From Rhodocyclaceae bacterium (GTDB lineage: Bacteria; Pseudomonadota; Gammaproteobacteria; Burkholderiales; Rhodocyclaceae): a stretch of 44,261 nt of DNA. The DNA lies in contig DASRUX010000353.1 of NCBI GenBank assembly GCA_035655235.1, forward strand, positions 1 to 44,261, read 5' to 3'. The notes beneath the pieces were generated by a model. That model searched no databases and was not told where the DNA came from. It saw only the letters and a program-made list of their open reading frames with translations. This document shows, one piece after another, positions 1 through 8,418 of this stretch (positions within the stretch are counted from its first letter, which is position 1; every line of letters starts with the position of its first letter). A program made the position numbers and the translations under genes.

Positions 1-141
1 GAAATAATCGAGAAGGCCCGTTGTGCTCTGGTGAGCTTTGCCATGCTCGTGACCTGCCCGGGGATTCTCGGAGCGGAAAGAACCTCGGCAACGGCTTTAT
101 CCTCACCTGACAGCCCCATCCCCCACGAACTTTTCCACCCC

Positions 142-171
142 TTAGCACTCACACCAAACGAGTGCTAAAAT
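142..171 (+). promoter_or_regulatory. Candidate sigma-70 promoter for rpoH: -35 TTAGCA (142-147), 18-nt spacer, extended -10 TGcTAAAAT (163-171)
   Basis: Hexamers read directly from the sequence, about 40 nt upstream of the rpoH ATG. A 9-bp inverted repeat (ttagcactc 142-150 / gagtgctaa 160-168) spans the -35 to -10 region. Confidence 0.35.
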
Positions 172-212
172 CAGCTTGAAATGATGAACGGATTGAAGGA
201 GGATAAACCGCT

Positions 213-1070
213 ATGACCCGTGCCCTGGCGCTTCCCATCCCTTCGGCAGTCGGCAATCTCGATGCTTTCATCCAGGCCGCGAACCGCGTCCCGATGCTGT
301 CCGAGGCCGAGGAGACGCGGCTGGCCAAACGTTTCCGCGACGAGGACGACCTCGATGCGGCCCGCCAGCTCGTGCTTTCGCACCTGCGCTTGGTCATTTC
401 CATCGCCCGGGGCTACCTCGGCTACGGCCTACCCCACGCCGACCTGATCCAGGAAGGCAACATCGGCCTCATGAAGGCGGTCAAGCGCTTCGACCCGGAC
501 CGGGGCGTGCGCCTGGTGTCCTTCGCCATCCACTGGATCAAGGCCGAAATCCCCGAGTACATCCTGAAGAACTGGCGCCTGGTCAAGGTGGCCACCACCA
601 AGGCCCAGCGCAAGCTGTTCTTCAACCTGCGCAGTCTCAAGAACGACTACGAGGGTACCGACGGCCTGTCCGTCCCCCAAGCCGCCGAGGTGGCCAACCG
701 CCTGGGCGTCAAGCCCGAGGAAGTGGTGGAGATGGAAACCCGCCTCTCCGGCCGCGACCTGGCCCTGGAAGGCAACCCGGACGACGGCGACGAGGCCTTC
801 GCCCCCATCGACTATCTGGCGGACAACCGCTACGAGCCCATCCGGATGCTGGAGAACAAGGCCAAGGCCAAGCTTCTGGACGAGGGCCTGAAGACCGCCC
901 TGGAAAGCCTCGATCCCCGCAGCCGGCGCATCGTCGAAGCCCGCTGGCTCCACAACGGCGAAGCCGCTACCCTGCACGAACTGGCCGCGGAATTCGGCGT
1001 CTCCGCCGAGCGCGTCCGCCAGATCGAGGCCAAGGCCTTGCAGAAGATGAAGGGCGTGCTGGCGGCCTGA
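213..1070 (+). CDS. rpoH: RNA polymerase sigma-32 (heat-shock sigma factor RpoH)
   Basis: 285 aa. Sigma-70 region 2 (DLIQEGNIGLMKAVKRFD). RpoH box (KAQRKLFFNLRSLK). Region 4 HTH (LHELAAEFGVSAERVRQIE). GGAGG RBS upstream of the ATG. Confidence 0.95.
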   Translation: MTRALALPIPSAVGNLDAFIQAANRVPMLSEAEETRLAKRFRDEDDLDAARQLVLSHLRLVISIARGYLGYGLPHADLIQEGNIGLMKAVKRFDPDRGVRLVSFAIHWIKAEIPEYILKNWRLVKVATTKAQRKLFFNLRSLKNDYEGTDGLSVPQAAEVANRLGVKPEEVVEMETRLSGRDLALEGNPDDGDEAFAPIDYLADNRYEPIRMLENKAKAKLLDEGLKTALESLDPRSRRIVEARWLHNGEAATLHELAAEFGVSAERVRQIEAKALQKMKGVLAA

Positions 1071-1093
1071 TCGACCGCTTTCCGTCTCGACAA

Positions 1094-1120
1094 AACGGCC
1101 GGAGATTCCGGCCGTTTTTG
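1094..1120 (+). terminator. Rho-independent terminator after rpoH
   Basis: Perfect 10-bp stem aacggccgga / tccggccgtt with a 3-nt loop, followed by a T-run (ttttgttt). Confidence 0.7.
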
Positions 1121-1246
1121 TTTCCGATCTCAGGCCGGCGCAGTCAATGCCCCGAGGGCGCGCCGCTCCCGAAAATACCCTAACGGCAATCGACCTGCGT
1201 GAGAGAATCCTCCGTCCATGCACCACCTTCGATTACCCAAAGCCCC

Positions 1247-1540
1247 ATGAACCTTGAAGCACTCGCCGACCTGCACGCCACCCTGGTAGAAATCTCCGCA
1301 TCGGCCGCCGTAATGCAGTCGGAAATCAAGGCGCTCATGGCGACCCACCCGAATCCGGAGGCCCTGCGCACCGCCTTCCTGGAAGAAATCGAGAAGCACA
1401 CGGCCCGCGCCCTCGCCCTGCCGGTCCCGGACGAATTGTGCGATCGTATCCAGGCCCTCGCCCAGCGGGCGCTCAAGGACATGCCAAAGGCCGCGGACGC
1501 CGGCAAGCCGGTTCCGCGGCATTCGTTGATCGGCACCTAA
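1247..1540 (+). CDS. Small hypothetical protein (about 97 aa; an alternative GTG start at 1199 would give 113 aa)
   Basis: Open frame with high GC3 between two terminators. No recognisable motif and no clear RBS, so the start is uncertain. Confidence 0.4.
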   Translation: MNLEALADLHATLVEISASAAVMQSEIKALMATHPNPEALRTAFLEEIEKHTARALALPVPDELCDRIQALAQRALKDMPKAADAGKPVPRHSLIGT

Positions 1541-1551
1541 CGAAAAAGACC

Positions 1552-1583
1552 GAGGCAAGGCCCGGCGGGGCCTTGCTTGCCTC
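1552..1583. terminator. Hairpin between convergent genes, probably the terminator of the minus-strand stress gene
   Basis: 9-bp GC stem gcaaggccc / gggccttgc (1555-1563 / 1568-1576) with a 4-nt loop. On the minus strand it is followed by ggtcttttt. Confidence 0.5.
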
Positions 1584-1598
1584 AGGCGGCAACCCGGC

Positions 1599-2681
1599 TC
1601 AACGCTTGCCGGTAACCCTTTCCCAGCCGTTCTGGACCGCCAGCTTGAAGCGCTCCCAGCTACTTTCCGGATAGCGCTGGCCCCAGTCACGCTGGGCTTC
1701 GGGCTCGATGGCGCTCCAATCCTTGCCCTGGTAGCGGGGATCGCTGGCAAGGGTGTGGCCGTAACGGTAAGCCGGCGCGTAGTCGTCATAGCTGCCGCCC
1801 CGGGCACCGTACCGGGTCTGGAAATCCTGCCGATACTCGGCCTCGTAGTCCTCGTAGGGGCGTGAGAAAGCGACACCCTGGCCTCTTTCTTCGCCGGCCC
1901 CCCGCTCCACCTCGACCTCGGTACGGCGAACCTTGTCCTGGATGGTTTCGGTCCGCTGGCTGACTTCCTTGCCGACCTCGACTTCCTCCACCACCCGGGC
2001 TGTCTTGTTGACCACAGCCTTCTCGGCCATTTCCCGCACTTCGACCGTCTTGTCCTTGAGGGCTTCCAGATCGGCCTGGGTCGCGGGGCGATCCACCGGG
2101 CGGCGCTCGACGGTGGCGCGTTCTTCCCGCAGGTTGACGGTTTCCTGGACGGGGGTTTCCACCATCCGGGAGTAGACGCGCACCGTGCCTTTGCCCACTT
2201 CCCGCTTGCCGACCTCGATGTCCTCCTTGATGACCGGCAGGACGGTACTGCGCTCCTTGGCAATCTCGTCCGAGGTGTAAGGCTTGGATTCGGGGTTGTA
2301 GCCCGAATAGCCCTGCTTGCGCCATTGCTCGACCCGTTCGTCGATATCGACGGCGCCGGCCTCCAGGAGCGCCGATCGCACTTCGTCCACGGACGCGCCG
2401 TCAGGCACATCCACGGCCAGGATCACGCCGCCCCGGCGCACGGCCTCGGAGTAATGCCCGGCTTCTTCGGCGTTCTCCGATCCGAACATGTGGCTGAAGA
2501 AATCGCGGATGCCGGAGGTGCTCCGGTGCCGGGCCCGCAGGGACTCGTCCGAGTCTTCATAGGCATTTTCGTTGGCGTCGATGTGGAAGGTGGATTGATC
2601 GATGCCGTGGCTGATCAACCTTTCCTCGGCCAGATGGGCGGCGTCCGGGGTATCGAAAACGCCGATTACGGTCTGTGTCAT
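1599..2681 (-). CDS. General-stress-type protein: YflT-like N-terminal domain plus YsnF/AvaK (DUF2382) domain plus Trp/Tyr-rich C-terminal tail
   Basis: Internal ATG at 2681 (MTQTVIGVFDTPDAA...) is preceded by GGAGA; the longer 426-aa ORF extension is Arg/Ser-rich. The VLPVIKEDIEVGKREV and ETVNLREERATVERRPV repeats are typical of DUF2382. Confidence 0.8.
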   Translation of the reverse strand: MTQTVIGVFDTPDAAHLAEERLISHGIDQSTFHIDANENAYEDSDESLRARHRSTSGIRDFFSHMFGSENAEEAGHYSEAVRRGGVILAVDVPDGASVDEVRSALLEAGAVDIDERVEQWRKQGYSGYNPESKPYTSDEIAKERSTVLPVIKEDIEVGKREVGKGTVRVYSRMVETPVQETVNLREERATVERRPVDRPATQADLEALKDKTVEVREMAEKAVVNKTARVVEEVEVGKEVSQRTETIQDKVRRTEVEVERGAGEERGQGVAFSRPYEDYEAEYRQDFQTRYGARGGSYDDYAPAYRYGHTLASDPRYQGKDWSAIEPEAQRDWGQRYPESSWERFKLAVQNGWERVTGKR

Positions 2682-2721
2682 GTCTGTCTCCTTGAAAGGA
2701 CGGGCTGCGTGGGCAGCGATG

Positions 2722-3189
2722 CTATTGATCCGGAGGGTCCTCCCTCCATTCTTCCTGGCCCGGTGCCCGGCGCTCGACGATGGGGGTTTCCTTGCGGAGC
2801 ACCACCTCCGTCTCCCGCTGCACCTCGCGCCGGTGCCGAAGGATGCGAACCTCCTCCTTGAGGAGCAGGCGCTCTTCAACCACGGCCACGGTTTCGAACA
2901 CCGGGACGATGACGACCTCGCCTTCCTGCCGCGGGCCGGTACGTTCGCTCACGTACCGGTTGATGGGCACCCGTTCGACTGAAACCTCATCGAACGCCTC
3001 CGTCAGGGGGATGCGCTGCCTTTCCTCGTGGGAGGCAACCCGAACCCGTACCGCAGCGCCGGTGCTTTCCACCACGCGGGAAACGGTAGCTTCCTCCTGG
3101 ACCACGGGAATGGTCCGCGTCGAAGCCTCTTCTTCGCCTTGCGGCTGGCCAGGTGGCCTCGAATGACGGGATTTGCCGGACGTATCCAT
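2722..3189 (-). CDS. YsnF/AvaK (DUF2382) domain protein
   Basis: 155 aa. IPVVQEEATVSRVVE and VVEERLLLKEEVRILRHRREVQRETEVVLRKE match the DUF2382 repeat pattern. Lies 40 nt upstream of the previous gene on the same strand. No obvious SD. Confidence 0.7.
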   Translation of the reverse strand: MDTSGKSRHSRPPGQPQGEEEASTRTIPVVQEEATVSRVVESTGAAVRVRVASHEERQRIPLTEAFDEVSVERVPINRYVSERTGPRQEGEVVIVPVFETVAVVEERLLLKEEVRILRHRREVQRETEVVLRKETPIVERRAPGQEEWREDPPDQ

Positions 3190-3230
3190 GACAGGCTGTA
3201 GCGGGGAGGATGGTCAGGCTGTACGGTGCT

Positions 3231-3244
3231 GCAATCCCTATTCC
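3231..3244 (-). promoter_or_regulatory. Copy A of the exact 14-mer GGAATAGGGATTGC (minus-strand sense), 42-55 nt upstream of the DUF2382 gene start
   Basis: Identical 14-mer to 3577-3590. GG-N10-GC spacing with TTGC matches sigma-54 -24/-12 geometry. Read directly from the sequence. Confidence 0.4.
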
Positions 3245-3323
3245 CGAAACGGGGGACGATGGGAGGTTCCACGGCAGGTAAAAATGGGAAGAATCGGGTA
3301 CTCCGTGTAAAGCCTTCCCTTCC

Positions 3324-3542
3324 TCAGCGGCGCTTGCCCTTGCCCTTGCCCTTCCTGGGAGAAGGAACCGAAAGCGCGCTCGTCCAGAAATCTACCAGCT
3401 GTCTGACGCCGGCCGTAACCGCCGCTGACGCCTGGCGTTTCGCGGCCGACGTCGCCCTACCGCGAAGCGAACCGGCGACCGCGTTGGCACCGCTGAGATA
3501 CATGCTCAGCCAAGGATTCTTCTTGGTCCAAGGAGATTTCAT
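3324..3542 (-). CDS. Small basic hypothetical protein (72 aa, KGKGKGKRR tail)
   Basis: ATG preceded by GGAGGG, reasonable GC3, and its own copy of the 14-mer upstream. No family recognised. Confidence 0.4.
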   Translation of the reverse strand: MKSPWTKKNPWLSMYLSGANAVAGSLRGRATSAAKRQASAAVTAGVRQLVDFWTSALSVPSPRKGKGKGKRR

Positions 3543-3576
3543 CGAAGCAGCCCTCCATTGCAGGAAATGGCTGCCA

Positions 3577-3590
3577 GCAATCCCTATTCC
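3577..3590 (-). promoter_or_regulatory. Copy B of the exact 14-mer GGAATAGGGATTGC, 35-48 nt upstream of the 72-aa ORF start
   Basis: Identical to 3231-3244, in the same orientation relative to the downstream gene. Confidence 0.4.
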
Positions 3591-3606
3591 TTGACCAGGT
3601 ACGCCC

Positions 3607-4191
3607 CTACTGCCCCGCCAGCAGCGTCTTCAAGTCGGCGGCGATATCCGCCACCTGGCCGGTGTCGGTGACAAAGAGTCGCAACCTTCCCGCCGGATCG
3701 AAGACATAGGCCCCGGCGGTATGGTCCAGCACGTAGCCCATGCCGCCCCCCACCTCCTTCTTCGCCGCGTAGATGCGGAATTCCTTGGCCGCCGCGTCGA
3801 TGGCCGTCCGGTCGCCGTAGAGACCGATGAAGCTCGGGTCGAACCAGGGCACGAATTCCTTCAGCCGGGCGGCCGTGTCCCGCTCCGGGTCCAGGGTCAC
3901 GAACAGGACCTGGACCTTCTGCGCCTCCGGGCCCAGGGCCTTCATCACCTCGGCGAACTTGGCCAGGGTCGTCGGGCAGACATCCGGGCAGGCGGTGTAG
4001 CCGAAGAAGAGCACCACCGCCTTGCCCCGGAAATCCTCCAGGCGGCGGGGCTGGCCGTTGTGGTCGGTGAGGGCCAGGCGCTGGCCGAAGCTGGCGCCGG
4101 TGATGTCGGTGCCATGGAAGACCGGGGCCGGACGGCTGCACGCCCCCAGGGCCATGGCCGCCATGACCAGGGAAAGAAAAAGGATGCGCAT
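3607..4191 (-). CDS. SCO1/SenC family copper chaperone (cytochrome oxidase CuA assembly), lipoprotein-like signal
   Basis: MRILFLSLVMAAMALGAC signal. FFGYTACPDVCPTTL CxxxC motif and the conserved LDHT histidine. Divergent from coxB. Start taken at the internal ATG at 4191. Confidence 0.85.
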   Translation of the reverse strand: MRILFLSLVMAAMALGACSRPAPVFHGTDITGASFGQRLALTDHNGQPRRLEDFRGKAVVLFFGYTACPDVCPTTLAKFAEVMKALGPEAQKVQVLFVTLDPERDTAARLKEFVPWFDPSFIGLYGDRTAIDAAAKEFRIYAAKKEVGGGMGYVLDHTAGAYVFDPAGRLRLFVTDTGQVADIAADLKTLLAGQ

Positions 4192-4270
4192 CGGATACCA
4201 ACTCCCGGAACCATTGCAGTGAAACAGCATTCTTAGCCATCAATAAGCGCGTAACAAGGGAGGAGACCGC

Positions 4271-5371
4271 ATGCCCGCCTTCACCTGGAGTTTTCCGGAG
4301 CCGGTCACTCCCGTCGCCCATGAGACCCTGAAGATCCATAACGAATTCATGGTCATCATCACCGTGCTGTTCACGGTGGTGTTCGCCATCATGGTCTATT
4401 CCCTGGTGAGGCACAGGAAGAGCGCCGGCCACGAGGCCGCCCGCTTCACCGGCCCCAGGGGCGCCGTCCAGTGGCTATGGACCCTGGTGCCCTTCGCCAT
4501 CCTCCTCTTCATCGACTTCGTGCTCATGGGCGTCCCCGCCGTCCATGCCCTGCTCGAGATGGAGGACACCCAAACCAAGGCCGACATGGTCCTCAAGGTC
4601 ACCGGCATGCAGTGGAAGTGGCAGTACGAATACCCGGATGCCGGCATCCGCTTCGTCAGCAACCTGGCCACGCCGCCGGAGCAGACCGCCAACGCCGAGC
4701 CCAAGGGCGACAACTACCTGCTGGAGGTGGATAACCCGGTGGTCCTGCCGGTGGGGAAGAAGGTGCGGGTGCTGCTCACCTCCACCGACGTGATCCACAC
4801 CTGGTGGGTGCCCCAGTTCGGGGTGAAGCGGGATGCCATCCCCGGCTACCTCCGTGAGACCTGGCTCAAGATCGACCAGCCCGGCACCTACCGGGGCCAG
4901 TGCGCCGAGCTCTGCGGCAAGGGCCACGGCTTCATGCCGGTGGTGGTGGAGGCGGTGTCCGAGCCGGAATACCTGGCCTGGGTGGAAAAGCAGAAGGCCG
5001 TCATGGTCGCTGCCGCCAGCGCCGGGGACCGCACCTGGAGCCAGGACGAGCTGATGGTCCAGGGCAAGGCGGTGTACGACAAGATCTGCACCACCTGCCA
5101 CCAGCCGGACGGCAAGGGCATCCTGGGGGCTTTCCCGGCCATTGCCGGCAGCAAGGTGGTCAACCAATCCCTGTTCGGCCCGGACGGCAAGCCGGCCCGG
5201 GACAGCCACCTGGACCGGGTGATGAACGGCAAGCCCGGAACCGCCATGCAGGCCTTCAAGACCACCCTCAACGACGTGGAGATCGCCGGGGTCGTCACCT
5301 TCCAGCGCAACAGCTTCGGCAACCGCATGGGCGACATGGTCCAGCCCGCCCAGATCAAGGCCCTTCGGTAG
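4271..5371 (+). CDS. coxB: Cytochrome c oxidase subunit II with fused C-terminal monoheme cytochrome c domain (locus 1)
   Basis: CuA site (VIHTWWVP ... CAELCGKGHGFMP), C-terminal CTTCH haem motif, GGGAGGAG RBS. Confidence 0.93.
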   Translation: MPAFTWSFPEPVTPVAHETLKIHNEFMVIITVLFTVVFAIMVYSLVRHRKSAGHEAARFTGPRGAVQWLWTLVPFAILLFIDFVLMGVPAVHALLEMEDTQTKADMVLKVTGMQWKWQYEYPDAGIRFVSNLATPPEQTANAEPKGDNYLLEVDNPVVLPVGKKVRVLLTSTDVIHTWWVPQFGVKRDAIPGYLRETWLKIDQPGTYRGQCAELCGKGHGFMPVVVEAVSEPEYLAWVEKQKAVMVAAASAGDRTWSQDELMVQGKAVYDKICTTCHQPDGKGILGAFPAIAGSKVVNQSLFGPDGKPARDSHLDRVMNGKPGTAMQAFKTTLNDVEIAGVVTFQRNSFGNRMGDMVQPAQIKALR

Positions 5372-5381
5372 GAGAACGAGC

Positions 5382-6974
5382 ATGGACATCGCCACCCATC
5401 CCGCCGAACACCGCGACGCCCATCCCACCGGGCTGCTCCGCTGGCTGACCACCACCAACCACAAGGAAATCGGGACCCTCTACCTGTCCTTCTCCCTGCT
5501 CATGTTCTTCGTGGGTGGGCTGATGATCCTGGCGGTGCGGGCCGAACTGTTCCAGCCCGGCCTCCAGCTCATGCGGCCGGAGTTCTTCAACCAGCTCATC
5601 GGCGTCCACGCCCTGGTGATGATCTTCGCTGCCCTGATGCCGGCGGCCACCGGCTTCGCCAACTGGATGATCCCCCTGATGATCGGCGCCCCGGACATGG
5701 CGCTCCCACGGCTCAACAACTGGGGCTTCTGGCTGCTGCCCCCGGCGGCGCTGCTCCTCACCCTGCCCTTCATCCTGGCCGCCTTCGGGGTGGGTTCCGG
5801 CGCCATCGACACCGGCTGGACCTTCTACGCCCCCCTCTCCATCCAGGGCGGCATGGGCATCGACTTCGCCATCTTCGCGGTGCATCTGCTGGGCATCTCG
5901 TCCATCATGGGGTCGATCAACATCATCGCCACCATCTTCAACCTGCGGGCCCCGGAAATGAGCCTGATGAAGATGCCCCTTTTCGTCTGGGGCTGGCTGA
6001 TCACCGCCTTCCTCCTCATCGCCACCATCCCCGTGCTGGCCGGGGCGGTGACCATGCTCCTCACCGACCGCCACTTCGGCACCCATTTCTTCAAGGCGGC
6101 GGGGGGCGGCGATCCCATCCTCTTCCAGCACCTGTTCTGGTTCTTCGGGCACCCGGAGGTGTACATCCTGCTCCTGCCGGTATGGGGCCTCATCCCCCAT
6201 GTGCTGTCGGCCTTCTCCCGGAAGCCCATCTACGGCTACCGGGCCCAGGTGTGGTCCTTCGTGGCCATCGGGGTGCTGTCGGTGGTGGTCTGGGCCCACC
6301 ACTTCTTCACCGCCGGGATGCCGGTGCCGGCCCTCATCTATTTCATGTTCAGCACCATGTCCATCTCGCTCCCCCTGGCGGTGCTGTTCTTCTGCTGGCT
6401 GGCCACCATGTGGCGGGGGTCCATGACCTTCGAGACCCCCATGCTCTTCGCCACCGGCTTCATCGTCCTCTTCGGCATCGCCGGCCTCACCGGCCTGGTA
6501 CTGGCCGACGTGGCGGCGGACGCCCAGTACCACCACAGCTACTTCGTGGTCGCCCACTTCCACTACGCCCTGTTCGCCGGAGGGATCATGGGGGTGATGG
6601 CCGGGGTCTATTACTGGCTGCCGAAATGGACGGGGCGGATGTACAGCGAGACTGTCGGTCGCTGGCATTTCTGGCTGACCGTCGTCTCCTTCAACCTCAC
6701 CTTCATGCCCCAGTTCTTCCTGGGCCTGGCCGGCATGCCTCGGCGCATCCCCGACTACGCCCTGCAATTCGCCGAGTTCAACGCCATCTCCACGGTGGGG
6801 GCCTTCATCCTGGGCTTTTCCCAGCTCCTCTTCGCCTGGAACGTCATCCGCTGCATGCGGGGTCAGGGCGACAAAGCGGAAGCCCGGGCCTGGGAAGGGG
6901 CCGAGGGCCTGGAATGGGAACTGCCCTCGCCGCCGCCCCATCACACCTGGGAAATCCAGCCCGAGGTCAAATGA
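5382..6974 (+). CDS. coxA: Cytochrome c oxidase subunit I (locus 1)
   Basis: 530 aa. [37 protein letters not shown] and WAHHFFT haem-copper oxidase signatures. Confidence 0.97.
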   Translation: MDIATHPAEHRDAHPTGLLRWLTTTNHKEIGTLYLSFSLLMFFVGGLMILAVRAELFQPGLQLMRPEFFNQLIGVHALVMIFAALMPAATGFANWMIPLMIGAPDMALPRLNNWGFWLLPPAALLLTLPFILAAFGVGSGAIDTGWTFYAPLSIQGGMGIDFAIFAVHLLGISSIMGSINIIATIFNLRAPEMSLMKMPLFVWGWLITAFLLIATIPVLAGAVTMLLTDRHFGTHFFKAAGGGDPILFQHLFWFFGHPEVYILLLPVWGLIPHVLSAFSRKPIYGYRAQVWSFVAIGVLSVVVWAHHFFTAGMPVPALIYFMFSTMSISLPLAVLFFCWLATMWRGSMTFETPMLFATGFIVLFGIAGLTGLVLADVAADAQYHHSYFVVAHFHYALFAGGIMGVMAGVYYWLPKWTGRMYSETVGRWHFWLTVVSFNLTFMPQFFLGLAGMPRRIPDYALQFAEFNAISTVGAFILGFSQLLFAWNVIRCMRGQGDKAEARAWEGAEGLEWELPSPPPHHTWEIQPEVK

Positions 6975-7555
6975 GCCCCGACACCACGCCCGCCCCCGCC
7001 GGATCCATACCCGTCCGCCGCCTGGTTTTCCGGCTGCTGCTGGTGGTGGCCGCCTCCTTCGCCTTCGGCTGGGCCATGGTTCCCTTCTACGACGTGCTGT
7101 GCCGGGTCACGGGCCTCAACGGCAAGACGCCGGGATTCCAGCCCGGCGGCCTGGCCGGCGCCGCCACGCCCCTATCCGCCGTGGATCGCTCCCGGACGGT
7201 GACGGTGGAATTCACGGGAACCGTCATGCCCGGCCTGCCCTGGGACATGCGCCCCCTCACCCCCAGCCTGGACCTCCACCCCGGCGAGCTGCAACAGGTG
7301 AAGTACCTGGTCCGCAACACCTCTGACCGTCCCATCGTCGGCCAGGCCATCCCCAGCGTCAGCCCCGGCCAGGCGGCCCAGCACTTCCAGAAGCTGGACT
7401 GCTTCTGCTTCCGCCAGCAGACCCTGGCCCCCGGCGAATCCCGGGAGATGGCCCTGACCTTCATCGTCAAGCCCGAGATCGACCCGGAGATCCACCAGAT
7501 CACCCTGTCCTACGCCTTCTACAACGTCGAAGAACCCCGCCGGGAGGCCCGATGA
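6971..7555 (+). CDS. ctaG: Cytochrome c oxidase assembly protein CtaG/Cox11
   Basis: ATG at 6971 overlaps the coxA stop (ATGA). N-terminal TM segment, then VPFYDVLCRVTG and KLDCFCF Cox11 motifs. Confidence 0.9.
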   Translation: MSPDTTPAPAGSIPVRRLVFRLLLVVAASFAFGWAMVPFYDVLCRVTGLNGKTPGFQPGGLAGAATPLSAVDRSRTVTVEFTGTVMPGLPWDMRPLTPSLDLHPGELQQVKYLVRNTSDRPIVGQAIPSVSPGQAAQHFQKLDCFCFRQQTLAPGESREMALTFIVKPEIDPEIHQITLSYAFYNVEEPRREAR

Positions 7556-8418
7556 ACCACTCCACCCCAACCCTGGAACGTCATTACTTCGTCCCCCAGC
7601 CCAGCCTCTATCCCTTCCTGCTCTCCGCCAGCCTGTTCCTCCTGGTCCTGGGCTTCATCCAGAGCATCAACGGCTTCGCCGCCGGCCGCTGGGTCATGGG
7701 CATGGGCGGGGCCGTGGTCGCTTGGGTGCTCTACGGCTGGCTGGGCAAGGTGGTGGCCGAATCCCAGGGGGGCGCCTACCGGGAATGGGAGGACCAGTCC
7801 TTCCGCTACGGCATGGTCTGGTTCATCGCCTCCGAGGTGGCCTTCTTCACCGCCTTCTTCGGCGCCCTGTTCTACCTGCGGGTCATCGCCGTTCCGGCCC
7901 TGGGAGGCATGGAGGCGGCCCACGGCGCCACCCTGTGGCCCGGCTTCTCGGGCCAGTGGCCGAGCGGCGGGCCGCAAGCCCCGGCCTTCACCCCCATGGG
8001 CGCCTGGGGCGTGCCTGCCTTGAACACCGCCCTGCTGCTGACCTCCGGCGCGACGCTCACCTGGGCCCACTGGGGACTCCTCAAGGGAAGCCGCCTCCAG
8101 CTCAACCTGGGGCTCGCCGCCACCGTGCTGCTGGGCTTCGCCTTCCTCGGCTTCCAGGCCTACGAGTACCACCACGCCTATTCCGAGCTGGGCCTCACCC
8201 TGGGGGCCGGCGCCTACGGGGCCACCTTCTTCATGCTTACAGGCTTCCACGGATTCCACGTCACCCTGGGGGTGGTCATGCTGTCGGTGGTCCTGGGGCG
8301 CTGCCTGAAGGGGCATTTCGACGCGGATCGGCACTTCGCCTTCGAGGGCGTGGCCTGGTACTGGCACTTCGTGGATGTGGTCTGGCTGCTGCTTTTCGTC
8401 TTCGTCTACTGGCTGTAG
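7552..8418 (+). CDS. coxC: Cytochrome c oxidase subunit III (locus 1)
   Basis: 288 aa. FFMLTGFHGFHVTLG and WYWHFVDVVWLLLFVFVYW motifs. ATGA overlap with ctaG. Confidence 0.93.
   Translation: MNHSTPTLERHYFVPQPSLYPFLLSASLFLLVLGFIQSINGFAAGRWVMGMGGAVVAWVLYGWLGKVVAESQGGAYREWEDQSFRYGMVWFIASEVAFFTAFFGALFYLRVIAVPALGGMEAAHGATLWPGFSGQWPSGGPQAPAFTPMGAWGVPALNTALLLTSGATLTWAHWGLLKGSRLQLNLGLAATVLLGFAFLGFQAYEYHHAYSELGLTLGAGAYGATFFMLTGFHGFHVTLGVVMLSVVLGRCLKGHFDADRHFAFEGVAWYWHFVDVVWLLLFVFVYWL

Noticed and set aside
1-168. Frame +1 is open from the window edge to a TAA at 166-168, and could be the 3' end of an upstream gene such as ftsX.
   Set aside because: Third-position GC drops well below that of the confident genes after about 25 codons, and no motif is recognisable. 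A partial CDS cannot be supported from about 55 codons.
4213-4221. The 9-mer ATTGCAGTG is shared by the regulatory gaps of both oxidase loci (4213-4221 and 14134-14142). It was considered as a common operator or a sigma-54 -12 element.
   Set aside because: A 9-mer match between regions of this size is expected by chance at roughly the 10% level. Neither copy has GG at the -24 position, and the flanks are unrelated.
5355-6944. 529-aa ORF on the minus strand, antisense to coxA of locus 1. Similar long antisense or out-of-frame ORFs occur at 4475-5464, 7519-9045, 6182-7555 (upstream part), 15852-17492, 17489-18595, 24759-26090, 33765-35003 and 1130-2410.
   Set aside because: These are typical high-GC shadow ORFs. 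Their translations are Gly/Arg/Pro/His/Asp-rich with no motifs, and each fully overlaps a gene with unmistakable family signatures on the other strand or frame.
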